This document shows, one piece after another, positions 1 through 8,263 of a stretch of DNA of 61,152 bases; position 1 is the first letter of the stretch; every line of letters starts with the position of its first letter. The notes beneath the pieces are model-generated. The model did not search any database. It had not been told where the DNA came from and was given only the letters and a program-made list of their open reading frames with translations. Source of the DNA: a virus (Duplodnaviria > Caudoviricetes); IMG/VR virus record IMGVR_UViG_3300020473_000029, positions 1-61,152 of that record; one strand, written 5' to 3'. A program made the position numbers and the translations under genes.

Positions 1-20
1 GTTGTAAGTCCCACATCATT

Positions 21-140
21 TAGGCAAGGGTCTATGGTTGTCTCAATTCAGTTGAGAAATTACGCCCTGTAAGTCCTATACACAAAAACGAGGAGATGGA
101 TGTGCCTCTCGGTTCGCAACCGAAGAAAGAACTAACATCC
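21..140 (+). ncRNA. Candidate structured RNA elements (two nested hairpins), possibly the end of a tandem array cut by the window edge
   Basis: Pairings 21-24/75-78, 27-30/65-68 and 41-46/52-57; second element 98-103/135-140 and 109-114/118-123; TGTAAGTCC occurs at 3-11 and 68-76. Confidence 0.35.
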
Positions 141-167
141 CACGTGTTTTTTAACCCCTTTTTTTAA

Positions 168-608
168 ATGGCAACAAGATCAAGGATTGGATTACAAATC
201 AATGATGAAGCGATTCTATCGGTTTATCATCACTGGGATGGTTATCCTGAGTGGTTGGGTGTTACTTTAAGAGAAAAGTTTAACACAAGAGAGAAGGTTG
301 CAGAGTTGATTGATGGTGGTGACATTTCATGTTGTGATTCTGATACTGATTGGGATCGTAACGAATTAGAAACATCACGTCCATTATACTATAATGAGAG
401 AGGAGAGAAGACAGAACCACGTTTGGATCTAAATTTTGATGAATATGTAGAAAATCCTGCTAATGATGCAGAGTTTGTTTATATCTTCACATTAGATCAT
501 CAGTGGGAATGTTTTGCCATAAGTCAGAAGTACAATGAGGATTTTACAGAGGTTCTTCAGACTAACGTAGTTCCAAAGGAAATCCCACAGAAGGAGACAG
601 TTAAATAA
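168..608 (+). CDS. Hypothetical phage protein (YHHWDGYP motif), acidic
   Basis: 146-aa ORF; N-terminal TRSRIG...YHHWDGYP pattern typical of myovirus early hypotheticals. Confidence 0.85.
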   Translation: MATRSRIGLQINDEAILSVYHHWDGYPEWLGVTLREKFNTREKVAELIDGGDISCCDSDTDWDRNELETSRPLYYNERGEKTEPRLDLNFDEYVENPANDAEFVYIFTLDHQWECFAISQKYNEDFTEVLQTNVVPKEIPQKETVK

Positions 609-652
609 GTGGCATAAGACCCCTTGATTGGGGTCTTTTTTTCTATTATAAT
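594..652 (+). promoter_or_regulatory. Early promoter/stem-loop cassette 1
   Basis: GAGACAGTT-AAAT-AAGTGGCAT (594-615); hairpin AAGACCCC/GGGGTCTT (616-637) with TTGATT in the loop, 17 bp before TATAAT (647-652). Confidence 0.8.
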
Positions 653-680
653 ACTAAAGTAATCAATCAGGAGAGCATTT

Positions 681-1154
681 ATGGCATTTCAGACAACAAC
701 ACTTACAAGTGCTGAGTATGAAACAAAAACTCTTGAACAGAGAGTATTTGAATGGACAGAAGGGTATTGTGAAGCACTTGCTGAGAACTACAAAAGGTAT
801 CATTTGAAGTCAATGAAGTACCTAAATGCTCAGAGTGGTTCAGAGTATTCACGTAAAGAGATTGAAGCAACAGAGAATGGAACTGCAAATTTAGTAAGGT
901 TCCGTATTCAGAGTGGTAAGAAGTATTATAAGGTTATTCAACAGGATTTTGACACCTTCAGAGATAGAAATGAGTATCGTGATGGTGGTGTTCATGCCTT
1001 TGTTGATAAGAAAACTGGTGAAGTATATAAACCAGCATCTTGGAAATCACCAGCAAAGTATGTAAGGTATGATCTAAGAATTATTGAAGATCGTGCTAAG
1101 TTACATGATCCAACATTCACAGGATGGGCAGGAGGGTATCTTTATTTAAAATGA
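681..1154 (+). CDS. Hypothetical phage protein (HAFVDKKTGEVYKPASWKSPAK motif)
   Basis: 157-aa ORF with GGAG RBS behind cassette 1. Confidence 0.85.
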   Translation: MAFQTTTLTSAEYETKTLEQRVFEWTEGYCEALAENYKRYHLKSMKYLNAQSGSEYSRKEIEATENGTANLVRFRIQSGKKYYKVIQQDFDTFRDRNEYRDGGVHAFVDKKTGEVYKPASWKSPAKYVRYDLRIIEDRAKLHDPTFTGWAGGYLYLK

Positions 1155-1264
1155 GCAAATTAATGACAACAAAGGAGAAATTAGTTTTTCTCCTCTCCTT
1201 CCTATGGTTCTTACATTGGGGTGTTAATATCACATCTTTACTCATAACCAAAATCGCATTTTAA
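1151..1264 (+). CDS. Small hydrophobic protein, 37 aa
   Basis: Manually translated MSKLMTTKEKLVFLLSFLWFLHWGVNITSLLITKIAF; ATGA overlap with upstream stop. Confidence 0.55.
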   Translation: MSKLMTTKEKLVFLLSFLWFLHWGVNITSLLITKIAF

Positions 1265-1268
1265 CAAG

Positions 1269-1619
1269 ATGACCTATTCGCAGAAAGCAAACCCAGATGC
1301 AACTAACTCTGAGTTAGATGCAAAGAAAATTGTTAAGAATGTCCAACTAACTTCGTCTCAAAGAGATGAACTAATTTCACAATATGTTGAGTTAGTTGTT
1401 GATGGCATGGATCTTGATTCTTTGGTGCAATATGCACATGAACAGATAGCAAATTATGTTGATTCATTATCAGATATTGAATTAAAAGAGGAAGTTGGTA
1501 ACTATGATGAAGAGTTATTTGATGAGTTAGTTGATAACGTAACTCAACAATATCCTAAACAACTTAATACTTTTGAGGAAGAAAGGTACATTCAAGAATT
1601 AATGAAGGAGGTGGATTAA
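1269..1619 (+). CDS. Acidic hypothetical protein
   Basis: 116-aa ORF in a tightly packed operon. Confidence 0.75.
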   Translation: MTYSQKANPDATNSELDAKKIVKNVQLTSSQRDELISQYVELVVDGMDLDSLVQYAHEQIANYVDSLSDIELKEEVGNYDEELFDELVDNVTQQYPKQLNTFEEERYIQELMKEVD

Positions 1620-1768
1620 TGGGAAGAACCTTACATCTTACTCATACTCAATATGAGGTATTACATGGTCTGGTAGAGGACATAGTAAATGATATGCCAG
1701 AAGATGTGGTTGAGCATACTGAAACCTTTAAAATCTATCAAAAACTTCAATCCATGAGGCACAATTAA
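1619..1768 (+). CDS. Small hypothetical protein, 49 aa
   Basis: Manually translated MGRTLHLTHTQYEVL...; GGAGG RBS and TAATG coupling. Confidence 0.6.
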   Translation: MGRTLHLTHTQYEVLHGLVEDIVNDMPEDVVEHTETFKIYQKLQSMRHN

Positions 1769-2194
1769 ATGTTATTAACATCTGGTGACTGGCATTGCGA
1801 TCAAAGTAGAATCCTCACAGAGGAGATACATGCTTTTATGTGTAAAGAGTATCCACAGTTGAATGATGTTGTAATAGAAGTAAATCAGGTTGATTTGACC
1901 AATGAGTATGGTCTTGGATTCTGTCAGGTGGATGAGGATGGAGAGTTCCTAATTCATATACACAATAATCAAGTACCTACAGAGTATGCTGAGACTCTAT
2001 GCCATGAGTTAGTACATGTAAGACAGACCATAGATGGATTAAAGGATGATGAACTAAGAGAAGAAGAAGCATACGTCATGGAGAAGATCCTTGCCAAGGA
2101 CTTTTGGGACACTTATGGAAGTGGCACATTCTTTGTTACGCCTTGGACTAATATGGGTTATAATACTAATGTAATCAACAAAGGAGACCACTAA
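1769..2194 (+). CDS. Zincin-like metallopeptidase domain protein
   Basis: HExxH motif (TLCHELVHVRQ) followed by downstream E (REEEAY). Confidence 0.7.
   Translation: MLLTSGDWHCDQSRILTEEIHAFMCKEYPQLNDVVIEVNQVDLTNEYGLGFCQVDEDGEFLIHIHNNQVPTEYAETLCHELVHVRQTIDGLKDDELREEEAYVMEKILAKDFWDTYGSGTFFVTPWTNMGYNTNVINKGDH
2106..2164 (+). promoter_or_regulatory. Early promoter cassette 2 (no hairpin; inside the 3' end of the upstream CDS)
   Basis: GGGACACTT-ATGG-AAGTGGCAC (2106-2127), 31 bp, TATAAT (2159-2164); downstream ACTAATGTAATCAA matches cassette 1. Confidence 0.75.
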
Positions 2195-2439
2195 TGAACA
2201 GTTTAGATGAGTTTGTTGAGTATGTTTGGTCATTCTATAATCCTACTGATGGATTATACCCGATTCTGAACTTAGAGAAAGAGCATATTCTTGATGCTTT
2301 TTACATCTATGAGGATAGAATCTTAAAGGGTGATCTTGAGTATGCACATTATTCATGGGGTGATGGAGATAGTTTAGATCGTGAGAGAGTCAGAGATATT
2401 ATTCTTGAGCAACCCCAATTCACACAACAAGGAGTTTAA
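2194..2439 (+). CDS. Hypothetical protein (WGDGDSLDRERVRD motif)
   Basis: 81-aa ORF, AGGAG RBS. Confidence 0.8.
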   Translation: MNSLDEFVEYVWSFYNPTDGLYPILNLEKEHILDAFYIYEDRILKGDLEYAHYSWGDGDSLDRERVRDIILEQPQFTQQGV

Positions 2440-2441
2440 TC

Positions 2442-2672
2442 ATGTACGTTTCAGAATCATTTGGAAGACATTTCTGGGTTGATGATGAGGATCAATTCAG
2501 ATCCGCACCCAGTTTCATTGATGGCACTGCTGATCTTGATAATGCAGATTATGTATCAGACTGGGAAGAGTGGGAAGGAGTAGATTTTGATTTACTGTTT
2601 GCCATTTACAGAACAGAACTTCACAACAAGTGGAGTCATGCAAATTCACTTTCATTTCAGGGGGCAGCATGA
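2442..2672 (+). CDS. Acidic hypothetical protein
   Basis: 76-aa ORF, GGAG RBS. Confidence 0.75.
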   Translation: MYVSESFGRHFWVDDEDQFRSAPSFIDGTADLDNADYVSDWEEWEGVDFDLLFAIYRTELHNKWSHANSLSFQGAA

Positions 2673-2887
2673 AATTTTTAGTCACAGACATTATGTTCGA
2701 CTTTGAAGACTCACAAGGTGAGTTGGATCTTGAAGATCAAATTGATGTATGTCAGGATACATTGGGTATCTGGGAGGCAGATGATGAGGATGAGTTAGTT
2801 GATAAGATCTCTGATAGAATGGGATGGTGCGTACAATCAATAAACTACACTACTAACCTTTTACATCCACTTACTTCATACAAATAG
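2669..2887 (+). CDS. Acidic hypothetical protein (start re-assigned to MKFLVT)
   Basis: ATGA overlap at 2669; WEADDEDELVDKI...GWC pattern. Confidence 0.75.
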   Translation: MKFLVTDIMFDFEDSQGELDLEDQIDVCQDTLGIWEADDEDELVDKISDRMGWCVQSINYTTNLLHPLTSYK

Positions 2888-2899
2888 GAGTTTAATCAA

Positions 2900-3163
2900 A
2901 TGAACAAAAGTAAAATCAAACGACTTGAAAAGGACATTGCTTATTGTATTGATGATCTCAATTTAGGCAATGAGGAGATAGGTGATCTTCTTAGATGTTG
3001 TGAGAGACTCGGAGTGGCAGTTGAGCAGTTCTGTGAAGAGTTTGTTTTCATTTGTGTAGATGATGAGGGTAATGAGGATGTAGAGGCATTAGAGAGAGTA
3101 CATGATGATTCATATCTTAATATTGCAGAGTTCAATTCACTTTACTGGGAGGGAAACCAATGA
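2900..3163 (+). CDS. Acidic hypothetical protein
   Basis: 87-aa ORF, AGGAG RBS. Confidence 0.75.
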   Translation: MNKSKIKRLEKDIAYCIDDLNLGNEEIGDLLRCCERLGVAVEQFCEEFVFICVDDEGNEDVEALERVHDDSYLNIAEFNSLYWEGNQ

Positions 3164-3336
3164 CACTTAGAACCTATCGCATCTTTGCTAAACGTGAGGA
3201 GTATTATTGCACTGAGGTTGAAGCAAAGAATGAAGAAGAGGCATGGGAACAGTACAATGAATCTGATTGTATTGACTGGGAACCACTCTTAGAGGGTGGA
3301 GACTTTGAATCATACGATATTGAGGAGGTAGAGTGA
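3160..3336 (+). CDS. Small acidic protein, 58 aa
   Basis: Manually translated MTLRTYRIFAKREEYYCTEVEAKNEEEAWE...; ATGA coupling, GGAGG RBS. Confidence 0.7.
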   Translation: MTLRTYRIFAKREEYYCTEVEAKNEEEAWEQYNESDCIDWEPLLEGGDFESYDIEEVE

Positions 3337-3482
3337 TGAATTTTCCTGATCCTTGTTTAACTGGCATTGAACAAGAGGAACAGTATGAAAAGTTCCAAGA
3401 GTGGTTAAATCAATGCCCACTCAAAATCACAGAATATCAGGATTTTACTGATATGTTTGAAGTTACCTTTGCATTTGACTAA
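3336..3482 (+). CDS. Small hypothetical protein, 48 aa
   Basis: Manually translated MNFPDPCLTG...FQEWLNQCP...; TGATG coupling, GGAGG RBS. Confidence 0.65.
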   Translation: MNFPDPCLTGIEQEEQYEKFQEWLNQCPLKITEYQDFTDMFEVTFAFD

Positions 3483-3688
3483 TGACTAAACCAAAGCATG
3501 TAGTATGCCTAACCGAAGAACAAATCTCTACAGTATTATATGTTTTAGAGGGGTATATTAACCCTTCTGATGATTACGCTTATGATCCTGATTTTAGAGA
3601 GGATATTGATAACATATTCAAGGAACTGGAAACAGTCCTTGATAACATTGACCAACCTGAAACTTTCATTCCTAATTTCCATGACTAA
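3482..3688 (+). CDS. Acidic hypothetical protein
   Basis: 68-aa ORF, TAATG coupling. Confidence 0.7.
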   Translation: MTKPKHVVCLTEEQISTVLYVLEGYINPSDDYAYDPDFREDIDNIFKELETVLDNIDQPETFIPNFHD

Positions 3689-3959
3689 AGTACCATTTGA
3701 TTTTGACTACAACGTAACATTCAATGTATTGGATGTAGTGTCTCAATTCTATCCTGCACTGAGTGAGGATGAGAAACAGACCATTGCCTATGAGGTGGTA
3801 AAGAACTATGATTACTCAATTACCTTTGAGGATCTACTCACACCGATTAGAGATGCAGCAGCAGACAATGGCATATTCCTTGAGGGTAAGGATGGAGTAA
3901 AAGAAGAGGAGGATAACATTTATGTATTAAACACCCCTAAATCTGCATTGTTTAAATGA
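3681..3959 (+). CDS. Acidic hypothetical protein (start re-assigned to MTKVPF)
   Basis: ATG at 3681 overlaps the upstream stop; the longer track ORF overlaps the previous gene. Confidence 0.7.
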   Translation: MTKVPFDFDYNVTFNVLDVVSQFYPALSEDEKQTIAYEVVKNYDYSITFEDLLTPIRDAAADNGIFLEGKDGVKEEEDNIYVLNTPKSALFK

Positions 3960-4141
3960 ACACAACAACAGTATCTTTCGCACCGATTACCAAACGTGCC
4001 AGATGTGGTAGAAGAGGGAAACATATTATGTGCCCCAACTGCTCATCAATTTCAAAGGTCTATCATTTTTCTTGGTCTGCAATCGTCTGCCAGCAATGTG
4101 ATACTACAATAGATAAACTATTATGGAGTATTGAACAATGA
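3956..4141 (+). CDS. Small zinc-ribbon protein
   Basis: CPNC...CQQC pairs. Confidence 0.75.
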   Translation: MNTTTVSFAPITKRARCGRRGKHIMCPNCSSISKVYHFSWSAIVCQQCDTTIDKLLWSIEQ

Positions 4142-4218
4142 TTTTACAGTTCCTATCAATCATTTTAATATCTTGTATTCTAATTACATTTTATCTTAAA
4201 TTGTATGATCCGAGATGA
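4138..4218 (+). CDS. Possible 26-aa membrane peptide
   Basis: MILQFLSIILISCILITFYLKLYDPR; ATGA coupled at both ends. Confidence 0.4.
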   Translation: MILQFLSIILISCILITFYLKLYDPR

Positions 4219-4349
4219 GGAAAGCGATTTTTTTTAAACCCCTTGTGACCTTTATACTGGGCATGAGTCTGGTCATTGCATATAACTGTTATGCAAATCG
4301 AACAGTAGATGATCTATGGTACTTGGAGAGTGCCTATAACATACATTGA
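4215..4349 (+). CDS. Possible 44-aa membrane peptide
   Basis: MRKAIFFKPLVTFILGMSLVIAYNCYAN...; ATGA coupling. Confidence 0.45.
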   Translation: MRKAIFFKPLVTFILGMSLVIAYNCYANRTVDDLWYLESAYNIH

Positions 4350-4374
4350 CATAAGCAGTCAAATGTATTATAAT
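4346..4374 (+). promoter_or_regulatory. Consensus sigma70 promoter
   Basis: TTGACA (4346-4351), 17 bp, TATAAT (4369-4374). Confidence 0.85.
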
Positions 4375-4399
4375 TACTTACAATAACTCTTAGATTCAA

Positions 4400-4567
4400 A
4401 TGTCCGAAATACAATTATACAGAATCGAAGAACTGGCAACAAGTGATTGGACAGTTCTACCCGATAATTGCACTCAACTCACAAAGGAACAAGCAAAGGC
4501 ACGATTAGATGAATTAATCCTTGAAGGATATAATCCAAATCGCCTGAGAGTTCGAGTAGATGTATGA
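4400..4567 (+). CDS. Small hypothetical protein, 55 aa
   Basis: Manually translated MSEIQLYRIEEL...LTKEQA...EGYNPNRLRV; directly behind the consensus promoter. Confidence 0.7.
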   Translation: MSEIQLYRIEELATSDWTVLPDNCTQLTKEQAKARLDELILEGYNPNRLRVRVDV

Positions 4568-4901
4568 ACCCGAAGTTGATGATTATGTCATTTGGGAACG
4601 TGAGTGTTGGAACGGAAATCATGTAGATGAAGGATGGGTGTATTTCAAGGGTGATCCAGTAGATAATACCCGAAGAATAAAAGAGGGATGGAAACCGACT
4701 GAGAGATATATTACCATAGAGACTGGTATTCGATTGAAACCAAAATGCTCTGTGGCAAAGAATGATCCTCATAAGTATATCCATACATTACTGCTTTGTT
4801 ATGAATCACAATGGAAAGATTTGAGATTCATAAAAAAACGTAAGCATAAGGAAGTACAGCATTATTCAGAGTATGATGATGTATCAGGGAATGAAGCATG
4901 A
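4560..4901 (+). CDS. Hypothetical protein
   Basis: 113-aa ORF (YEPEVDDYVIW...EGWVYF...YITIE). Confidence 0.8.
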   Translation: MYEPEVDDYVIWERECWNGNHVDEGWVYFKGDPVDNTRRIKEGWKPTERYITIETGIRLKPKCSVAKNDPHKYIHTLLLCYESQWKDLRFIKKRKHKEVQHYSEYDDVSGNEA

Positions 4902-5467
4902 AAAGTGAATGGGCAATATGGAAGAATTTATTTACACCCGAAGAGTGTGATTCTATTATACAACGTGCCTATCAAAATGAGTTTGAGGATAGTACAGTTG
5001 GTAATGCGAAATATGGTAATCAAAAGATAGATCCTGATTATCGGAAGAGTAGAATACAATGGATGGGATTAGATAAGTTTGAGGATGTATTTGATAAGTT
5101 ATGGAAATCTACAATAGAGGTCAATCACGAATATTTTGGTGTTCATATTGATTTTCTTCCTTCCTTACAATTTACTGAATATGATGAATCATACTCTGGT
5201 GAGTTTAAACATCACAATGATATGATATGGATGACTGATAATAATCGACATCGTAAATTAAGTTGTATCATACATTTAACAGATCCTAGTGAGTTTGAAG
5301 GGTGTCAATTAAATGTAGATACTGAAAGTAATGATTTTCCGAACCATGATAATGATCGTGGTACAGTCGTATGGTTCCCTGCAATGAGAACACACTGGGT
5401 GACACCTATTACCAAAGGTAGGAGAAATAGTGTTGTATGTTGGTTTGAAGGTCCAAAATGGAGATAG
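4898..5467 (+). CDS. 2OG-Fe(II) oxygenase (prolyl-4-hydroxylase-like)
   Basis: HxD (HND)...H (THWVTP)...R (GRRNS) facial triad pattern and C-terminal WFEGPKWR. Confidence 0.88.
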   Translation: MKSEWAIWKNLFTPEECDSIIQRAYQNEFEDSTVGNAKYGNQKIDPDYRKSRIQWMGLDKFEDVFDKLWKSTIEVNHEYFGVHIDFLPSLQFTEYDESYSGEFKHHNDMIWMTDNNRHRKLSCIIHLTDPSEFEGCQLNVDTESNDFPNHDNDRGTVVWFPAMRTHWVTPITKGRRNSVVCWFEGPKWR

Positions 5468-5793
5468 TCGAAAGAACATGGGGTCACTATAAAGTATTAT
5501 ACTCTGGTGATGGATTTAAGGTGAAGGAATTAGTGATTAATCCTCATAGTTCCTTATCAATGCAAAAGCACCAATATAGAAGTGAAACATGGAGTATCGT
5601 TTCAGGTGATGCAGAGGTACTATTGGGTACTGACAACAAATTAAAATTAACAAAAGAAGAAAGTATTTTTATTCCTATTAACACTTGGCACAAAGGAATG
5701 AACAATACAGATAAACCAGCACATATAATTGAAATATGGCGAGGCATAAAATTAACAGAAGATGATATTGAAAGAAAGAAATTAATCATGTAA
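5458..5793 (+). CDS. Cupin protein, mannose-6-phosphate isomerase type II C-terminal-like
   Basis: ERTWG, LSMQKHQYRSETW, WH, IIEIWRG...EDDIER motifs. Confidence 0.85.
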   Translation: MEIVERTWGHYKVLYSGDGFKVKELVINPHSSLSMQKHQYRSETWSIVSGDAEVLLGTDNKLKLTKEESIFIPINTWHKGMNNTDKPAHIIEIWRGIKLTEDDIERKKLIM

Positions 5794-5794
5794 A

Positions 5795-5950
5795 ATGTTA
5801 ACTTACTTACCCTCACATTGGAATAAAGGAATTGATCTAATACACATTGATCTAAGAACCCAAGAACAAAAATGGGATTCAATCAATCGACAGATCAAAT
5901 TTAACTTACATGCAAATTATTGTATTGATACAGTATGGTGGTTAAACTAA
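5795..5950 (+). CDS. Small hypothetical protein, 51 aa
   Basis: Manually translated MLTYLPSHWNKG...TVWWLN; fills the gap and converges on the endonuclease stop. Confidence 0.5.
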   Translation: MLTYLPSHWNKGIDLIHIDLRTQEQKWDSINRQIKFNLHANYCIDTVWWLN

Positions 5951-6978
5951 CAATAGTACCACTTATACCCATAGGCATGACACCACTTAGGTGAATGAAT
6001 GTTCTTATGTATGTTTGCAACACCAGTTCTATCACCTTCTCCCTTAATATAGTATGATGCCTCACTTAAACTATCAAAGTATAATACCTTAGTACCTAAT
6101 CCCTTTTCTACTGCCTTTACTTTTCTTTTCATCTTTTCTGCACTCTTTTTACCTAAAGCACTATAATAGTCAAATCCTCTATTCTTATCAGTTACTTTAA
6201 TATGGTTACGTGATACTTTCCTAGTACCGTCAAAGCGAAATAACCACCATCTCTTACAATGTGTCTTTGCAGTGCGGGGTGAATCTAATGATAGTTTAAC
6301 ATTAGCATTAGCATATCTATTACCTTCTATCTCTTCAGCACAATCTGCTTGACTATCCCATTCCTTATATTCTCCAGTATCAATATTATATCCATATACT
6401 CTACATCTAATTCTAACCTGTTTATCTTTCCATTCTTTTAATTGTTCTCCTTTCCATGTCCATCTATAACCATGTGATTGAAATACCTTATTATTACAAC
6501 ATACTCTAATACCATTTCTTTCACTCCTTTTAGGATTACGACCTAATGTTTCTAAGGCAGCAACACCCATAGTATCATAATCACATATGTAATTACCTTC
6601 TAATGTATAACAACTAACAGCACGACTCTTAGGATGATTACTCCATTGCTTTGGATCTTTCTTTACACCCTCACCACCGAATGTAGCATTATATCCTTTA
6701 TAGTAAGTATCGTATTCAGTTATGTAATGTGATTCTCTTTCATCTACTATATCATCCTTACATTCTTCTAATACTCTAAACTTAAAGTTCTCTACTCCAT
6801 ACTTACGCAATGCACGTATAATAGGCATATTACGAACACGAGAGTATGATACTGTATTCTCTTTATGCTTAGAGTGGTAAATATGCTCTTTCCATCTATC
6901 ATAAGGATTATCTTTACTTGTCTTTCCAATGTAATGTTTTGAATTGATTTTGTTTGTAATTGAGTAAATGTATGCCAT
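5947..6978 (-). mobile_element. Free-standing GIY-YIG (Seg-like) homing endonuclease with NUMOD1-type repeats
   Basis: YIYSITNKINSKHYIGKT, RW..H, catalytic E and GYN motifs; three C-terminal repeats (YDTMGVAA, WDSQADCA, FDSLSEAS ... GYRW/GYKW); only substantial minus-strand gene in the window. Confidence 0.88.
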
Positions 6979-7116
6979 AAAATGAAGGAAAGGGGATGAT
7001 ATTAAATATAAGTATGTATTATGTATAAAGTTTAGCGTAAAGATTGTTACGTTTCTTAAAAGGGTAGTATCCTTGAGTATCTTTTTTAAACACTCATTCT
7101 TTATGTAAGTTTAGCG

Positions 7117-7145
7117 AGCGTACCATGAACCGAGCGATTTGTCAA
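7117..7145 (-). promoter_or_regulatory. Leftward sigma70 promoter
   Basis: Minus strand TTGACA (7145-7140), 17 bp, TACGCT (7122-7117) with TG extension. Confidence 0.65.
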
Positions 7146-7175
7146 GTATCAGGATCGCTCAGAATTCTCAGGGGG

Positions 7176-7204
7176 TTGCGGTTTTCGTATTTTCGTGGTA
7201 TAAT
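7176..7204 (+). promoter_or_regulatory. Rightward sigma70 promoter reading into the repeat array
   Basis: TTGCGG (7176-7181), 17 bp, TG-G-TATAAT (7199-7204). Confidence 0.7.
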
Positions 7205-7223
7205 ATTCTTATATTCGTGGGAG

Positions 7224-7395
7224 ATCTCGACTAGATTTGTGCGTACATAATCTCGACTAGATCGCACCTGCAATATACACATATCATATATCATATATTA
7301 TCTCGACTAGATACACCTGCAAGTATCATACATCATATCGCATACATATAATCTCGACTAGATATGCGAGCATATGTATATACATGCAACTAGAT
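7224..7395. repeat. Non-coding array of ATCTCGACTAGAT
   Basis: Exact copies at 7224, 7250, 7300 and 7351, degenerate copy at 7384-7395; G-poor, purine/pyrimidine-alternating spacers. Confidence 0.9.
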
Positions 7396-7467
7396 TCCTC
7401 TGCAAATATATACATTTCGTAACATATAGCATTATACATACATATATACTACTGTACATCATGTCAT

Positions 7468-7521
7468 GTGACACTATGCGTAGCGTCACACGTTGCATAT
7501 TACGCACATTCGTGTTATAAT
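7468..7521 (+). promoter_or_regulatory. Early promoter cassette 3 (variant)
   Basis: GTGACACTA-TGCG-TAGCGTCAC (7468-7489); TTGCAT (7493-7498), 17 bp, TATAAT (7516-7521). Confidence 0.7.
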
Positions 7522-7545
7522 CAATCTAGTTAATTCTTCTCAGTT

Positions 7546-7689
7546 ATGTATGATTACGATGCCGAATTCGTATGGGAATATGATTACTCATGTCATGATT
7601 ACCTTGAAGAAAGTAATACTTTAGATGAAGATTACGCAAGAGATGATAACAACAATTATCAAGAACTTGCATACCGTCATTTTGCATAA
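7546..7689 (+). CDS. Small very acidic, Tyr-rich protein, 47 aa
   Basis: Manually translated MYDYDAEFVWEYDYSCHDYLEESNTLDEDYARDDNNNYQELAYRHFA behind cassette 3. Confidence 0.7.
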   Translation: MYDYDAEFVWEYDYSCHDYLEESNTLDEDYARDDNNNYQELAYRHFA

Positions 7690-7773
7690 CCCATTATAAT
7701 TCGTTTTTAAAAGTATAAACAATTCGTGTGCCAGTTGCGTGAGTGGATCGCAGCTGGAATTTTTGGTGTCTGG

Positions 7774-7831
7774 GTGCCAGTTGATAAAGTGTCACATATT
7801 TTTCCCATTCGTGCCTGAAATCGTTTATATT
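7774..7831 (+). promoter_or_regulatory. Early promoter cassette 4
   Basis: GTGCCAGTT-GATA-AAGTGTCAC (7774-7795), 30 bp, TATATT (7826-7831); a degenerate extra palindrome at 7728-7749. Confidence 0.7.
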
Positions 7832-7858
7832 ACATTTGTCCAACGGATTTCACCCCTT

Positions 7859-8095
7859 ATGAGATTACAATCTTCTGGAAATGGTTCAATGATTGTTGAC
7901 TTCTATCCCACCAAATCTTGGATAGATGGTAACATTTTTGAAGACAAGTTTCTCAAGGTGCTAACATTTAGTGGCAAAACAATGAAGAAGAAAGTTGTTA
8001 GTCACGCTGAGATGATTGCAGAGATTAGTTCTTATCTTCTCCACAATTACACTGCAATTTCTAACAACACCCTTCCACAATTCATTCGTTCTTAA
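7859..8095 (+). CDS. Hypothetical protein (start re-assigned to MRLQSS)
   Basis: ATG at 7859 lies downstream of the cassette 4 -10 box. Confidence 0.75.
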   Translation: MRLQSSGNGSMIVDFYPTKSWIDGNIFEDKFLKVLTFSGKTMKKKVVSHAEMIAEISSYLLHNYTAISNNTLPQFIRS

Positions 8096-8263
8096 ATGTC
8101 ACAAACTGTTCGTTCCCTAAGTATCACTGAAGCAGAGGAAACTGTCCTCGTTGAAATGATACAATACTTCAACGATTTGGGTTGGATTAATGACACAAAC
8201 GTTGATGAATATGAGTCACTATGTGAAAAGATCTGCGAACCTGCATTTTGGGAGTATAATTAA
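8096..8263 (+). CDS. Small acidic protein, 55 aa
   Basis: Manually translated MSQTVRSLSITEAEETVLVEMI...CEPAFWEYN; abuts the upstream stop. Confidence 0.7.
   Translation: MSQTVRSLSITEAEETVLVEMIQYFNDLGWINDTNVDEYESLCEKICEPAFWEYN

Noticed and set aside
7224-7395. CRISPR array call for the ATCTCGACTAGAT repeats
   Set aside because: The repeat is only 13 bp, spacers are unequal (13/37/38), mutually similar and low-complexity, and no cas gene is recognisable in the window
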